Notes under the pieces: model-generated
Told to the model about the DNA's origin: nothing
Database searches by the model: none
What the model saw: only the letters and a program-made list of their open reading frames with translations
IMG/VR virus record: IMGVR_UViG_3300042923_000502
Coordinates: 1 to 64,000 of that record
Strand: one strand, 5' to 3'
DNA length: 64,000 nt
DNA from: a virus
Shown here: piece by piece, positions 47,917 to 57,326 of the stretch
How the letters are laid out: every line of letters begins with the position of its first letter
How positions within the stretch are numbered: the stretch's first letter is position 1
Program-made: the position numbers and the translations under genes

Positions 47917-48032
47917 AGTAGTTGGCACAAATAAAAGATAAAACATCAGATTGGAGCTTATGCCTTTCACGCAACATATAGTGAAGGGTATAAATGATTC
48001 ACTGATTTAACACAAAGAGAGGATGACAACAA

Positions 48033-48356
48033 ATGGAAGTTTTAGTTATGCCAAACGGTCAAACTGAAATTATCTCCGATGAAAGAGATTTGATTGAATT
48101 TATTGGCAGAGTAATGGGTTATGAAGTAAAGATAATGGTTGAAGAAATTTCCAAGAGAGCAGATAAAGCCGCTATTTTGGCTGATTCGGATTTTAAATCA
48201 TATGAAATGCAAGTTGAAGAAAATCATGATGCCTTTCAGGAATTAGCTGGATTGGTCAATAGGGTTTATGAAGAATTGGATAAGGAAAGAATGAATAAAA
48301 AGAAAATAACATCTATCATTGACAGGATGGATCATGTAGTAAGCAATCAAATCTAA
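48033..48356 (+). CDS. Hypothetical helical protein
   Basis: Hairpin + RBS. Confidence 0.8.
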   Translation: MEVLVMPNGQTEIISDERDLIEFIGRVMGYEVKIMVEEISKRADKAAILADSDFKSYEMQVEENHDAFQELAGLVNRVYEELDKERMNKKKITSIIDRMDHVVSNQI

Positions 48357-48368
48357 GGAGTGAATTAG

Positions 48369-48662
48369 GTGGAAGCAATAAACAAATACGAAATAAGCGC
48401 ACACAATTTCACGGAATTCATCTACATGTATACAGTGGACGATCATTTGTATGACTGTGGCGAAGAAATGTATAGTATGTATGAGCTATCTACAGAAATT
48501 AAAGTGCTGGAGTATATAGAGGTACACGGATATAATGGATACGCATGTACTTTCAGCAAAGAAGTTGATGCTATCTTTAGTGATTACATTGCATTCTTAG
48601 AAGGGAAAAACAATAATTATTTTAGCATAGAATTTCCAGAAAATTTAAAAAATAAGGAGTGA
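48369..48662 (+). CDS. Hypothetical acidic protein
   Basis: AAGGAG RBS. Confidence 0.75.
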   Translation: MEAINKYEISAHNFTEFIYMYTVDDHLYDCGEEMYSMYELSTEIKVLEYIEVHGYNGYACTFSKEVDAIFSDYIAFLEGKNNNYFSIEFPENLKNKE

Positions 48663-48668
48663 TTATTC

Positions 48669-50921
48669 ATGACAATTCAGTTGCCATTAGACTTTCACAA
48701 ACCACTTTGGGATAAGTTCAATACACAGCAACGTAAGGCGGTTAAACAGATTGATGGAGCGGTGCAAATTTGTGCCGTTGCCGGAAGTGGTAAGACAACG
48801 GTTATTGTACATCGTACAGAACACATGATCAATGATTTGAAGATTGATCCATCTTCTATTGCTTTAATGACATTTACATCTAAGGCAGCGCAAGAAATGG
48901 GTGAGCGACTTCAAAAGCTTATTAGTAAGAAGGATTATGATAACATGTTTTGTGGAACCTCACACAGCTTTGGTTATCGTGTACTTGCAAAGGAGTACAA
49001 GGATATTAATCATCCTCTTGCATCTTTCACACGTAAGGATTTTAAAGACCCAGGATTGCTTACAGGTACTTCATTGAAGTACTTTAGCACATCGGTTAAG
49101 GAAAAGATTCTTCAATTGCCGCTACAAAATGATATTATTAATGAAATTGAAGGAATTGCTGAAAATCAATTCTTGAAAGTTGTTAGTTTATGCAAAAACG
49201 CTGACCTTGATCCTCAACAATATGAGGACATGTGCGTAATGGAAGACCCAAGCGCAAACAGATGGGCTTATATCCATTATTACAAGATGTATGAAAAGAT
49301 GAAAGATGAACGCAGATGCATTGACTTTGATGATATGCTGTTTAAAGCGGTAAGGTTATTCAGATCACATCCAGCTATTTTGAAGAAATATCAAAAGCAA
49401 TACAAGTATGTTGTTATTGACGAAACACAAGACAATAACCCTACACAATATGCACTTGCAGAAATGATTGCCAAGCCAGAAAATAATGTGTATGTTGTTG
49501 GTGACGATGATCAAAGCTTGTATACGTTCCGTGGGGCAGAACCAAATCTTTTCATTGACTTCTGTGAAAAATATGAGAATGCAATTCAAATACCGCTTGA
49601 AGACAATTATCGTAGCAAGCCTGAAATACTAAAAGTTGCAAATTTGCTGATTAACCATAACACCAAACGAATTAAGAAGCATCTTGTGGCTCACAGCAAA
49701 TCAGTTGACAAGTCAGTTTTTTATTCTCATTTCTTGGATGAAATTAAGGAAGCGGAATTTGTTGCAAATGAAATTGACAATATTTGCAATGATCCCGATG
49801 CTGATTTTATGGATAGTATACCTTACAATCGTGTGTTTATCATCTATCGTACAAACGCACAGAATAAGGAAATGGAAGATGCCTTGATTACAAAGGGCAT
49901 ACCATATGTCATTCATGGCGGCATGAGCTTTTATGAGCGCAGAGAAGTGAAGGATATACTAGCATACTTGAGACTTGTGAATGACACTGACGATAACGAT
50001 GCATTCAAGCGGGTATACAATGTTCCTAGTCGCTATCTTGGTAAAGCTTTTCTTAATAAGATTGATGATAATGGAAAAAGTTCATTGTGGGACAGATGTT
50101 CGTCAGTTGTATTGACAAAGAAAGAGCAAGATTCCGTCAATTCATTTAAAGCCATTGTTAATACAATGACTGAACTTAAAAACAAAGGCGGCAAGATTGA
50201 TGAATTGATTGATTGCCTAATGAAAAGCGGATATGAAGAACATCTTAAAAAGGATAACAAAGACGAATCAGAAGATGAAGACAATGAGATTGTTGAAAAG
50301 CTCAAATTCTTTGTTAGAAGATTTGATAACATCGAAAACCTTATCAAGTATGTTGAAGTGATGTCAGGTAAGCGTAAGGAAGATGTGAACGGCGTTCAAC
50401 TTATGACGGTTCATAGAAGCAAAGGACTTGAAGCTCATGCTGTGTTTGGTATTGGTATCAATGAAGGATTGATGCCACATATTAGAAGCAAAGAAGCTTT
50501 TGACTCAGGTGAAAATCCATTTGCCATTGAAGAAGAAAGAAGACTTGCATATGTATTGGTAACACGTGCAGAGACATTTGCATATTTATCCTCAACATCT
50601 TCATTCAATGGTAAGTCATCAGAAAGATCACGCTTCATCGAAGAAATGGAGTTAGTGAAGGTTGATAAAGACGAAGAAGATGTTCAGGAAATTGAAGAAG
50701 AAAAGTATACACCGCCAGTTCGTGAGGTTTACGGATATGCTACAAAGGAAGAATACAAAGGAATAGGTCAACTTCCAGATATTCCTTATGTAACATATGT
50801 AGAAATTAAACCGGAACCAAAGCAAGAACAGAAAACTGAATCTTCTCCACCAGATGGATTCATCTATATTGATGATCCACTTATTGGAAGGATACTTAAA
50901 CCTATTGCAAAAGGCAAATAG
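48669..50921 (+). CDS. pcrA: UvrD/PcrA-family SF1A helicase
   Basis: AVAGSGKT, TFTSKAAQEM, IDETQD, VGDDDQSLYTFRGA, NYRS, YRTNAQ, TVHRSKGLE, EERRLAYVLVTRA. Confidence 0.93.
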   Translation: MTIQLPLDFHKPLWDKFNTQQRKAVKQIDGAVQICAVAGSGKTTVIVHRTEHMINDLKIDPSSIALMTFTSKAAQEMGERLQKLISKKDYDNMFCGTSHSFGYRVLAKEYKDINHPLASFTRKDFKDPGLLTGTSLKYFSTSVKEKILQLPLQNDIINEIEGIAENQFLKVVSLCKNADLDPQQYEDMCVMEDPSANRWAYIHYYKMYEKMKDERRCIDFDDMLFKAVRLFRSHPAILKKYQKQYKYVVIDETQDNNPTQYALAEMIAKPENNVYVVGDDDQSLYTFRGAEPNLFIDFCEKYENAIQIPLEDNYRSKPEILKVANLLINHNTKRIKKHLVAHSKSVDKSVFYSHFLDEIKEAEFVANEIDNICNDPDADFMDSIPYNRVFIIYRTNAQNKEMEDALITKGIPYVIHGGMSFYERREVKDILAYLRLVNDTDDNDAFKRVYNVPSRYLGKAFLNKIDDNGKSSLWDRCSSVVLTKKEQDSVNSFKAIVNTMTELKNKGGKIDELIDCLMKSGYEEHLKKDNKDESEDEDNEIVEKLKFFVRRFDNIENLIKYVEVMSGKRKEDVNGVQLMTVHRSKGLEAHAVFGIGINEGLMPHIRSKEAFDSGENPFAIEEERRLAYVLVTRAETFAYLSSTSSFNGKSSERSRFIEEMELVKVDKDEEDVQEIEEEKYTPPVREVYGYATKEEYKGIGQLPDIPYVTYVEIKPEPKQEQKTESSPPDGFIYIDDPLIGRILKPIAKGK

Positions 50922-50998
50922 TTAAATTTTTTAAGGAGACTTAACCCGCTTGAGTCTCCTATAAAGGATTTAACATCCTTTAACACATTGAAAGGAGA

Positions 50999-51412
50999 AT
51001 GACCATGGCTGAAAATTACATGAGCTATAACCGCAAGGAATTTGAAGATGGTTTATTGGAAATTGCTGGAAACTTTGGTCTTCAAGTTGGCGATTACACG
51101 GAGAAGATGGGCAAAGCAGGAATGGAGGAACGTGTATATGAAGTTACAACATATGATCCAAGAGTTCGTATTCTGATCTATTCCTCAATTGATCCTAGAA
51201 CCAATGTTTCAAGAGAAGTTGGAGGGGATGCAATCAGAATAAACTTCTACTGCAAAGGAAAAGATGGAAAGCTTTATTATAAAAAATTTAAAAAGCATCA
51301 ACGAATTAATACTATGTTCAATAACATCATGAAGTCAGTATCACTTGTAATGTGTGACATGTTGGTGCAAAAGGATATTGAAAAATGGCTTTACGCAGTA
51401 TCTAAAAACTAA
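50999..51412 (+). CDS. Hypothetical protein
   Basis: IYSSID.R..SR.VG.DAIR motif. Confidence 0.8.
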   Translation: MTMAENYMSYNRKEFEDGLLEIAGNFGLQVGDYTEKMGKAGMEERVYEVTTYDPRVRILIYSSIDPRTNVSREVGGDAIRINFYCKGKDGKLYYKKFKKHQRINTMFNNIMKSVSLVMCDMLVQKDIEKWLYAVSKN

Positions 51413-51417
51413 AAGGA

Positions 51418-51843
51418 GTGAAATTCATGATTAGAAAGTCTATTCATATGGTAGATGAAATATTAGATCAGTCTATTATTCCACTATCTCGTAGAAAGGC
51501 AGATAATAGAAGGGTTATTGATGGTGACTCTATTCGGATGGATTCTCATAGATACTGGACTTTCAAGATGAAAGGTACTCATTGTGTTTGTTGTGGAATT
51601 GAAGGTGTATTCTTTGCAAAGGAAAAACACCTTGAATCAGACAACAGATTCCACTTCAATCTGTATGGATTGGACGAATTCGGCAATGAGGTATTAATGA
51701 CAAAAGATCATATTATGCCCAAGTCTAAAGGCGGCAAAGATCACATCGACAATTATCAGACTATGTGTGTAAGATGTAACGTAGCAAAAGGAGATAAATT
51801 GCCACACGAGTATAACGGAGGTCAGAAAGTAAATTGCAGCTAA
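51418..51843 (+). CDS. HNH endonuclease
   Basis: CVCCG; TKDHIMPKSKGGKDHIDNYQTMCVRCN. Confidence 0.88.
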   Translation: MKFMIRKSIHMVDEILDQSIIPLSRRKADNRRVIDGDSIRMDSHRYWTFKMKGTHCVCCGIEGVFFAKEKHLESDNRFHFNLYGLDEFGNEVLMTKDHIMPKSKGGKDHIDNYQTMCVRCNVAKGDKLPHEYNGGQKVNCS

Positions 51844-51986
51844 GTGTAACTTATCAATGGAAAGATACATCTAAGATTGTAGAAAGAGAATTTAGCTCAG
51901 ATTATTGGGTTAAATTCTACATAACACATTGGAATGAGATAAACATTTTGAAGATTCACAATAACACATTGTAGGAGGAAAATAAC

Positions 51987-52271
51987 ATGTCAGATAACAT
52001 TAATCAAGATACATTGGACGATGTAACATCATGTGTAACATGCGGAGTAGCGGTATTTGGAGAAGGTCATATAGTGTGTGCATCGTGCAGTGAAGAATTT
52101 AAAAGTGATGATCCGATAACTGCACTTCAAAATAAGTGTGACATGCTAGAAGAAATAGTTGAATCATGTGAAGATCAGATATTTTCTTTGAATAAAACGT
52201 TGGAAATGAGAGATTCTAAGATAGAAAGATTGGAGTCAAAGCTGAAAGAGATTCGTGCATTGACAAAATAA
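51987..52271 (+). CDS. Zn-finger + coiled-coil hypothetical protein
   Basis: CVTCG..VCASC; AGGAGG RBS. Confidence 0.75.
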   Translation: MSDNINQDTLDDVTSCVTCGVAVFGEGHIVCASCSEEFKSDDPITALQNKCDMLEEIVESCEDQIFSLNKTLEMRDSKIERLESKLKEIRALTK

Positions 52272-52283
52272 TAAGTCAAGGGA

Positions 52284-52691
52284 GTGAATTATATGTCAAA
52301 ATTTGACAAAGGTGATATTTGCGTCTCTGTTTATGTAAATAAATTTATTGTGGGCAAGGTTGATTATGTAGAATTTGATGCAGAAGATGAAGAATTAAAT
52401 ACTGTTCACTATACTGATGCACAAGGAAAGTCTTGGGTTGGATTCCAAAATCACTTGTTTACATTTGATCAAGCTATGAAAGAAGTAAAAAAATGGATAA
52501 AAATCGGTGAAGAGATAGACTCAATAAGAGTAAAAAAGTCTGTGCAAAGTATTATTAAAACTTTGGAAGAAGACGGAAAAGTTATCGTAACGTCTGGTGA
52601 ATATGAAGCGATTAAAGAATATGTAAAGGATTGCATTGTTATCCCTCTGCCTAATGACAAGGTAGCAATTGAATTAGATATTAAGGAGTGA
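52284..52691 (+). CDS. Hypothetical protein
   Basis: 135-aa ORF. Confidence 0.75.
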   Translation: MNYMSKFDKGDICVSVYVNKFIVGKVDYVEFDAEDEELNTVHYTDAQGKSWVGFQNHLFTFDQAMKEVKKWIKIGEEIDSIRVKKSVQSIIKTLEEDGKVIVTSGEYEAIKEYVKDCIVIPLPNDKVAIELDIKE

Positions 52692-52825
52692 GTGAAATGA
52701 AGAAAATCACTCCTGAAATGATTTATTTGATGAACATGTTCTCTAAGCTTAACAATGGCAAGAAGCTTACAAAGAAAGAGAAAAAGAGAATCAAGAAAAT
52801 TTCAGACAAGAAAAATAATAACACA

Positions 52826-52849
52826 TAGATAAAACACATCTTTTATCTA
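52826..52849. repeat. TAGATAAAA-N6-TTTTATCTA palindrome, copy 1
   Basis: tagataaaacacatcttttatcta. Confidence 0.75.
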
Positions 52850-52866
52850 CAGAGAGGAAGAATGAA

Positions 52867-53193
52867 ATGTTAAAAGAAACATGGAAAATTGAACCAGCAA
52901 TAGACGTTTTTGATGATACTAGATGGATATTTCAACAAAAAACAAACTCAGATGTTATGATTTTGGTTGTCGCACCTACAGAATCGGAAGCTTGGGAAAA
53001 GCTAGGTGGATTATTGGGTAAGGAAGACAAGGGAAAAGTTGAGACAGAAGTTTTTGAAGGTGTCGTAAGTGTATATAATAGGCATGGTTACACCAATGCC
53101 GATATTAGTCTGTTCGTAGCTAAAGAGCCTTTGAATTCCCTTAAAAAATATGATGGTCAAACAGTTGAAGTGGAAATCAGAATTCAGCCATAG
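52867..53193 (+). CDS. Hypothetical protein (paralog of 58925-59251)
   Basis: Shared EAW.KLG, TEVFEG, QTVEV..RI.P. Confidence 0.8.
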   Translation: MLKETWKIEPAIDVFDDTRWIFQQKTNSDVMILVVAPTESEAWEKLGGLLGKEDKGKVETEVFEGVVSVYNRHGYTNADISLFVAKEPLNSLKKYDGQTVEVEIRIQP

Positions 53194-53214
53194 ATAAAAT
53201 CCGAGTTTTATCTA
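53191..53214. repeat. TAGATAAAA-N6-TTTTATCTA palindrome, copy 2
   Basis: tagataaaatccgagttttatcta; supplies the TAG stop. Confidence 0.75.
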
Positions 53215-53217
53215 CTC

Positions 53218-53715
53218 ATGGAGGTAGTAAAAATGACAAACAATACTAAATTTGATAGACTTGAAATGAAAATTGAAGATATACTCAAACTTGCCTACGA
53301 TAGCGAGGAAGAGGTGTACAGCTTTGGGGAATTGTACATGTTTAACATGATTCAAAATTTGCATGATGAATTATCTGATCAAAATTTTGAATCTCTTAAA
53401 CAATTAAAGGCAAGGAGTTATGTTAAAGATTATTGCAGAGATAGCAGATCAAGAGAGTTATACGTTATGCTCTATAAAAATAGACCGTTTGCAATGTATC
53501 AATATATTGGCAGGGGTAGTGCTGAAAACGAAGAAATCTTTGACAAGGAAGTTTACAGCGAATTTGTTAAAGATTATATTGAAGAATATCTTGAAAAATC
53601 TCAATTTGTCGAGAAATGTTCTCAAGTTGATTCTATTTATACCATTGAAAATTACAATATGGCTTACTTCGAAATAGTTGATAATCAAATTTATGCAAAA
53701 CCTTGGAAGGAGTAA
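53218..53715 (+). CDS. Hypothetical protein
   Basis: 165-aa ORF. Confidence 0.75.
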   Translation: MEVVKMTNNTKFDRLEMKIEDILKLAYDSEEEVYSFGELYMFNMIQNLHDELSDQNFESLKQLKARSYVKDYCRDSRSRELYVMLYKNRPFAMYQYIGRGSAENEEIFDKEVYSEFVKDYIEEYLEKSQFVEKCSQVDSIYTIENYNMAYFEIVDNQIYAKPWKE

Positions 53716-53923
53716 TAACATGATATTACGTGCCAAGAAAATGAAAAGTATTCACGTAGCACCTCATACAAAATACGGTCATTATTGTGATAAAGCGCGG
53801 CGAATGAGGGTAGAACCTGCAACGTTTGCAATATTCAAGAAAGAGTATGATAAAGACATATATGCTTCTATGCGTTCTATTGTATATAAACTTGAACATG
53901 ATAAACAGAAAGGAGCATGACAC

Positions 53924-54220
53924 ATGAACAAAGACAACGGTGTGACAACGATTCAAGCGGCAAGAGCGCTGTTTGATTTATTTTATAGACCAAACACATT
54001 TATCTATACCAAGCTTCAACTAAAATGTTGGATCAATCATTCGGAAAGCAGAAACAACAATGGCAATCCACCTTTCACATTTGGCAATTATTGCATTCAC
54101 ATGAGAGACATTGACATATTGGAACAAGTCAATCTTGATATGATCAACTGCGACGATATCGGCGGTAAAGAAGCGGTAATAAAGTATCTTGAGGGAAAGA
54201 TGTACGATGACAACAATTAA
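53924..54220 (+). CDS. Hypothetical protein
   Basis: AAGGAG RBS. Confidence 0.7.
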   Translation: MNKDNGVTTIQAARALFDLFYRPNTFIYTKLQLKCWINHSESRNNNGNPPFTFGNYCIHMRDIDILEQVNLDMINCDDIGGKEAVIKYLEGKMYDDNN

Positions 54221-54575
54221 CTTGTAAAGGAAGTCAGAATATGCTTTCATGTTTTATGCTTTTAGCAATTGGAATATTGGCAGATTATATCGTTGCGAAA
54301 GGGGAAACTAAATATGATTAATCGTATCAAGTATCTGTATTATAGGTATCAATATAAGAGGTTTTTGAACAAGGAAATTGTTGATAAAACTCAGCAAAAA
54401 TACTGGTACTATTGGAATAAATGTCACGAATTAGGGAAAGGTGACGAAGTTAGAAGAATGATGTTGATTGCCATTAATAAAAGATAAAGTGAAAAATAAA
54501 TTTACCAGTTTTTTGACATCCCCGATTCGTTGGTATATACTTGTGTAAGTTAGATCAATCGAAGGGGATGTTAAA

Positions 54576-54797
54576 ATGCCAACTAAATACTACAAAATTA
54601 CGACAAGCATTTTAAAAGGGAAGAAGTATTTTGGTCTGTTTGTGTCGAATGATAGTGAATTTGCATGTGACTTAGGAAGTTTTGTAAGAGGTTGGGAAGC
54701 TGATAAATTTGAAAAGCTTTCTGATGAAGAAAGAGTCGATTTTGAAAAGGGATTGCGTAGGGATGTTTCAGGTGCGGGGTACTCCGAAGTTAAATGA
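54576..54797 (+). CDS. Hypothetical protein
   Basis: Own promoter TTGACA..TATACT and AAGGGG RBS. Confidence 0.7.
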   Translation: MPTKYYKITTSILKGKKYFGLFVSNDSEFACDLGSFVRGWEADKFEKLSDEERVDFEKGLRRDVSGAGYSEVK

Positions 54798-54869
54798 TTT
54801 GTGTGAATATAGAAACAGGCTCTCATGTGGGAGCCTGTTTTTGTTATCTACACAAAAAGGAGTGATGAT

Positions 54870-55334
54870 ATGAATGCTTTTGAAGAATTAGAACATTCCA
54901 GAGTAGTTAATGAATTAATGGAAATTCAGGATAAGCTTAAAAATTCATTCTTCATAGAGCATGATGTTATTAAGTGGAATTATGAAAAGGCAAAGAACGA
55001 TGGCAGAGAAAGAGAATCAATGGTTTGGCGTGAACTCATGATTGCGTCATGTAAAGGTCATGAATATGAAGATAGCTTTGATGATCTTGGCAATTATCAG
55101 GGATGTATCTGCATTCATTGTACCGCTAACATTGACATGAGTGAGAGCGAACAAGTGGCTCTTATTGTGAAAAAGAATTGTGAAACATGTATATTCAGAG
55201 GTGGTGCTAACCTGAATGAACTTTTTTGCAATCATCCGACCATTGATACACTTGATAAGAATCAGATTGATGAATGGATGAACAAGTATTTTGAGGACAG
55301 TAAAAATTGCATACATTGGAAAGGTAAAATATAG
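54870..55334 (+). CDS. Cys-rich hypothetical protein
   Basis: AAGGAGTG RBS; CICIHC, CETCIF. Confidence 0.7.
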   Translation: MNAFEELEHSRVVNELMEIQDKLKNSFFIEHDVIKWNYEKAKNDGRERESMVWRELMIASCKGHEYEDSFDDLGNYQGCICIHCTANIDMSESEQVALIVKKNCETCIFRGGANLNELFCNHPTIDTLDKNQIDEWMNKYFEDSKNCIHWKGKI

Positions 55335-55691
55335 TGTTGCAATTCTATGTAGTGTATGATAAGATGGTGTTAGTGAAAGATAAAACAAAAATAAGGAGTG
55401 ATTAAAAGTGGTTAAAATGTTCCTGCAATTAAAAGCTTGCTCCGAAAAGTGATTGACTTGTTATTTCTTATATGGTAATATAGGTACAACTTGGCAAATT
55501 GCTAAAAGTCACCAGAGTTTAGGCAGAAGAATAAAAAAATATTTTTCAAAAACAAGGTTTAACTTTTGGAAAATGTGATTATAATTAAGGTAAGAAGAGT
55601 TGAAAAACACGTTGACTTCATTAATCGAAAGTGATATGATGGAGTCAACAAATTAAACAAGTAGAACAAAAAACTAAAATTTGAAGGGAAA

Positions 55692-57194
55692 GTGATTAGT
55701 ATGGCGGCAAGAGGAAATAGAAACCCTAAAAAAGATGTAGTTCCGGCAACTCAAGGCACAAGCGCACTCGCTGTGCTTAACAATGAAGACGAACAAGCGC
55801 TTGATCTTGATATTTTCCACAAGCTTATGACAATCCGTTCTATTCAAGAGCAAAAGCGCATGATTCGCTTTGACTTGGCGATTCAACGTAATGAAGTATG
55901 GAAAGAAAACAAAAACGGCGTGTTCCAACAATCATTGCTGATCGACTCCGTACTTCGCAAATATCCGATTGGTCAAGTGTTTGTCATCCAAATGGGAGAC
56001 GAATTCATGTGGATGGCTGACGGTAAGCAACGTTGGACAACAATCTTCAAATACCTTGACAACGGTTTTCCACTTGCTAAGGGAACTCGTCCCGTCAAAG
56101 CTAAAGACCCGGAAACAGGCGAAGTAAGAATGTACAACATTGAGGGCAAGTTTTTCAAGGACTTGGATAAAGTTCTTCAAAACAAAATCCTCAACTATGA
56201 AATGGATGTTAAGCATTTGACGAATGCTACACCAGCGGAAATCGAAGAAATCTTCTTGCGTCTTAACAATGGTACTCCATTGACCAAGATTGAATTGACT
56301 CGCGTAGAGCTTGGTGAAGAAAATATGGTCAAAGTTGCGAAGATTGCCGACAAGCCATTCTTCAAAGCATTGACCGCAATTTCTGCCGACTCCCGCAATC
56401 GTTTCATTGACCATGAAATGATCTTGCAAACACTTATGATCATTTCTGGAAGAGATACCGACATTTCCGGCAATGAGATTAGAGAATTTGCAAAAGTCGT
56501 CAAGACAAACGGACTTTCCGATGATGTTGTTGAATTGATGATCAAAGTTGCTGACTTCCTTGAAGCTGCATTTAGCCAATTCATTGCTATCAAAGACGGA
56601 AAACCGGATATGAAGATTTTGAAACAAATTCTCAAGAAGGTTCATGTGCCGATTGTGGTCAATACGGCGGTTGAAACAATTTATCGTGAAGGTCAAGAAA
56701 TTGAAGCAGAAGTGTTTGGATTGTGGGCAAAAGACTTCCTTTATGATAGATACAAAACGGGTTCAACCTATGGTCGTGCTTGCGCAGGTGGTTCCGCTAA
56801 GAAGGACAATGTTAAAACTCGTATCAAAGAAATGAGAGCGGATTTTAACAAGCACATTGAAAAAATCAAACAAACGTATGAAGAAAATGCGGATATCCGC
56901 GAACAAATCAAGAAAGAACGCGAAGAAGCGGAAGCCGCAGAAAAGCTTCGCTTGGAAGAAGAAGCGCGTAATGCTGCGGAAAATAATGGTGAGGGCAATG
57001 ACGACAAAGGCAATGATGCCGATGATGTAGTAAACGAAGAAAATAATACACCAGAAGAACCTTCCGGCGACGACTCCGATAAAGATAAAGGCGAAGAAGT
57101 CAATGACTCTGATTCGGATGACAAAGACAAGGTTGAACCGGAAGACAAGGGTTCGGAAGATGATAAGCCGGAAGATGGCAAGGAAGAAGAATAA
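55692..57194 (+). CDS. DUF262 (ParB/GmrS-like) domain protein with a long acidic tail
   Basis: IQRNEVW, SLLIDS...YPI, ADGKQRWTT, IFLRLNNGTPL. Confidence 0.85.
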   Translation: MISMAARGNRNPKKDVVPATQGTSALAVLNNEDEQALDLDIFHKLMTIRSIQEQKRMIRFDLAIQRNEVWKENKNGVFQQSLLIDSVLRKYPIGQVFVIQMGDEFMWMADGKQRWTTIFKYLDNGFPLAKGTRPVKAKDPETGEVRMYNIEGKFFKDLDKVLQNKILNYEMDVKHLTNATPAEIEEIFLRLNNGTPLTKIELTRVELGEENMVKVAKIADKPFFKALTAISADSRNRFIDHEMILQTLMIISGRDTDISGNEIREFAKVVKTNGLSDDVVELMIKVADFLEAAFSQFIAIKDGKPDMKILKQILKKVHVPIVVNTAVETIYREGQEIEAEVFGLWAKDFLYDRYKTGSTYGRACAGGSAKKDNVKTRIKEMRADFNKHIEKIKQTYEENADIREQIKKEREEAEAAEKLRLEEEARNAAENNGEGNDDKGNDADDVVNEENNTPEEPSGDDSDKDKGEEVNDSDSDDKDKVEPEDKGSEDDKPEDGKEEE

Positions 57195-57326
57195 GCTATA
57201 AGCTAAAAAGCGCCATATAGAAATATGTGGCGCTTTCTATTCTTTAGTATAGTTTCCCTTGACTTTTTGATCTAAGTGAAATTATACTAAGTAATAGATA
57301 AAATGAAAATGAAGGGATTTGACATA

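Larger units (their letters stand above)
36798..48006 (+). repeat. Family of 22 intergenic ~60-75 nt internal-loop hairpins, most followed by an AAAGGATGATA-type RBS
   Basis: Starts at about 36798, 36970, 37330, 37781, 38349, 39023, 39379, 39699, 40341, 41071, 41359, 41738, 42258, 42550, 43239, 43995, 44494, 45238, 45715, 46494, 47187, 47945. Confidence 0.9.

Noticed and set aside
36798-48006. Hairpin array as a CRISPR array or as simple terminators
   Set aside because: Repeats are not identical, intervals are gene-sized ORFs and no cas genes are present; the hairpins are followed by A-runs and an RBS, not U-tracts.
36798-48006. Classical integron attC sites
   Set aside because: No conserved RYYYAAC/GTTRRRY cores and no recognisable IntI; only a loose analogy is kept as a hypothesis.
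55932-56696. 254-aa antisense ORF and similar shadow ORFs opposite real genes
   Set aside because: They lie fully opposite well-supported genes, lack RBSs and reflect codon bias.
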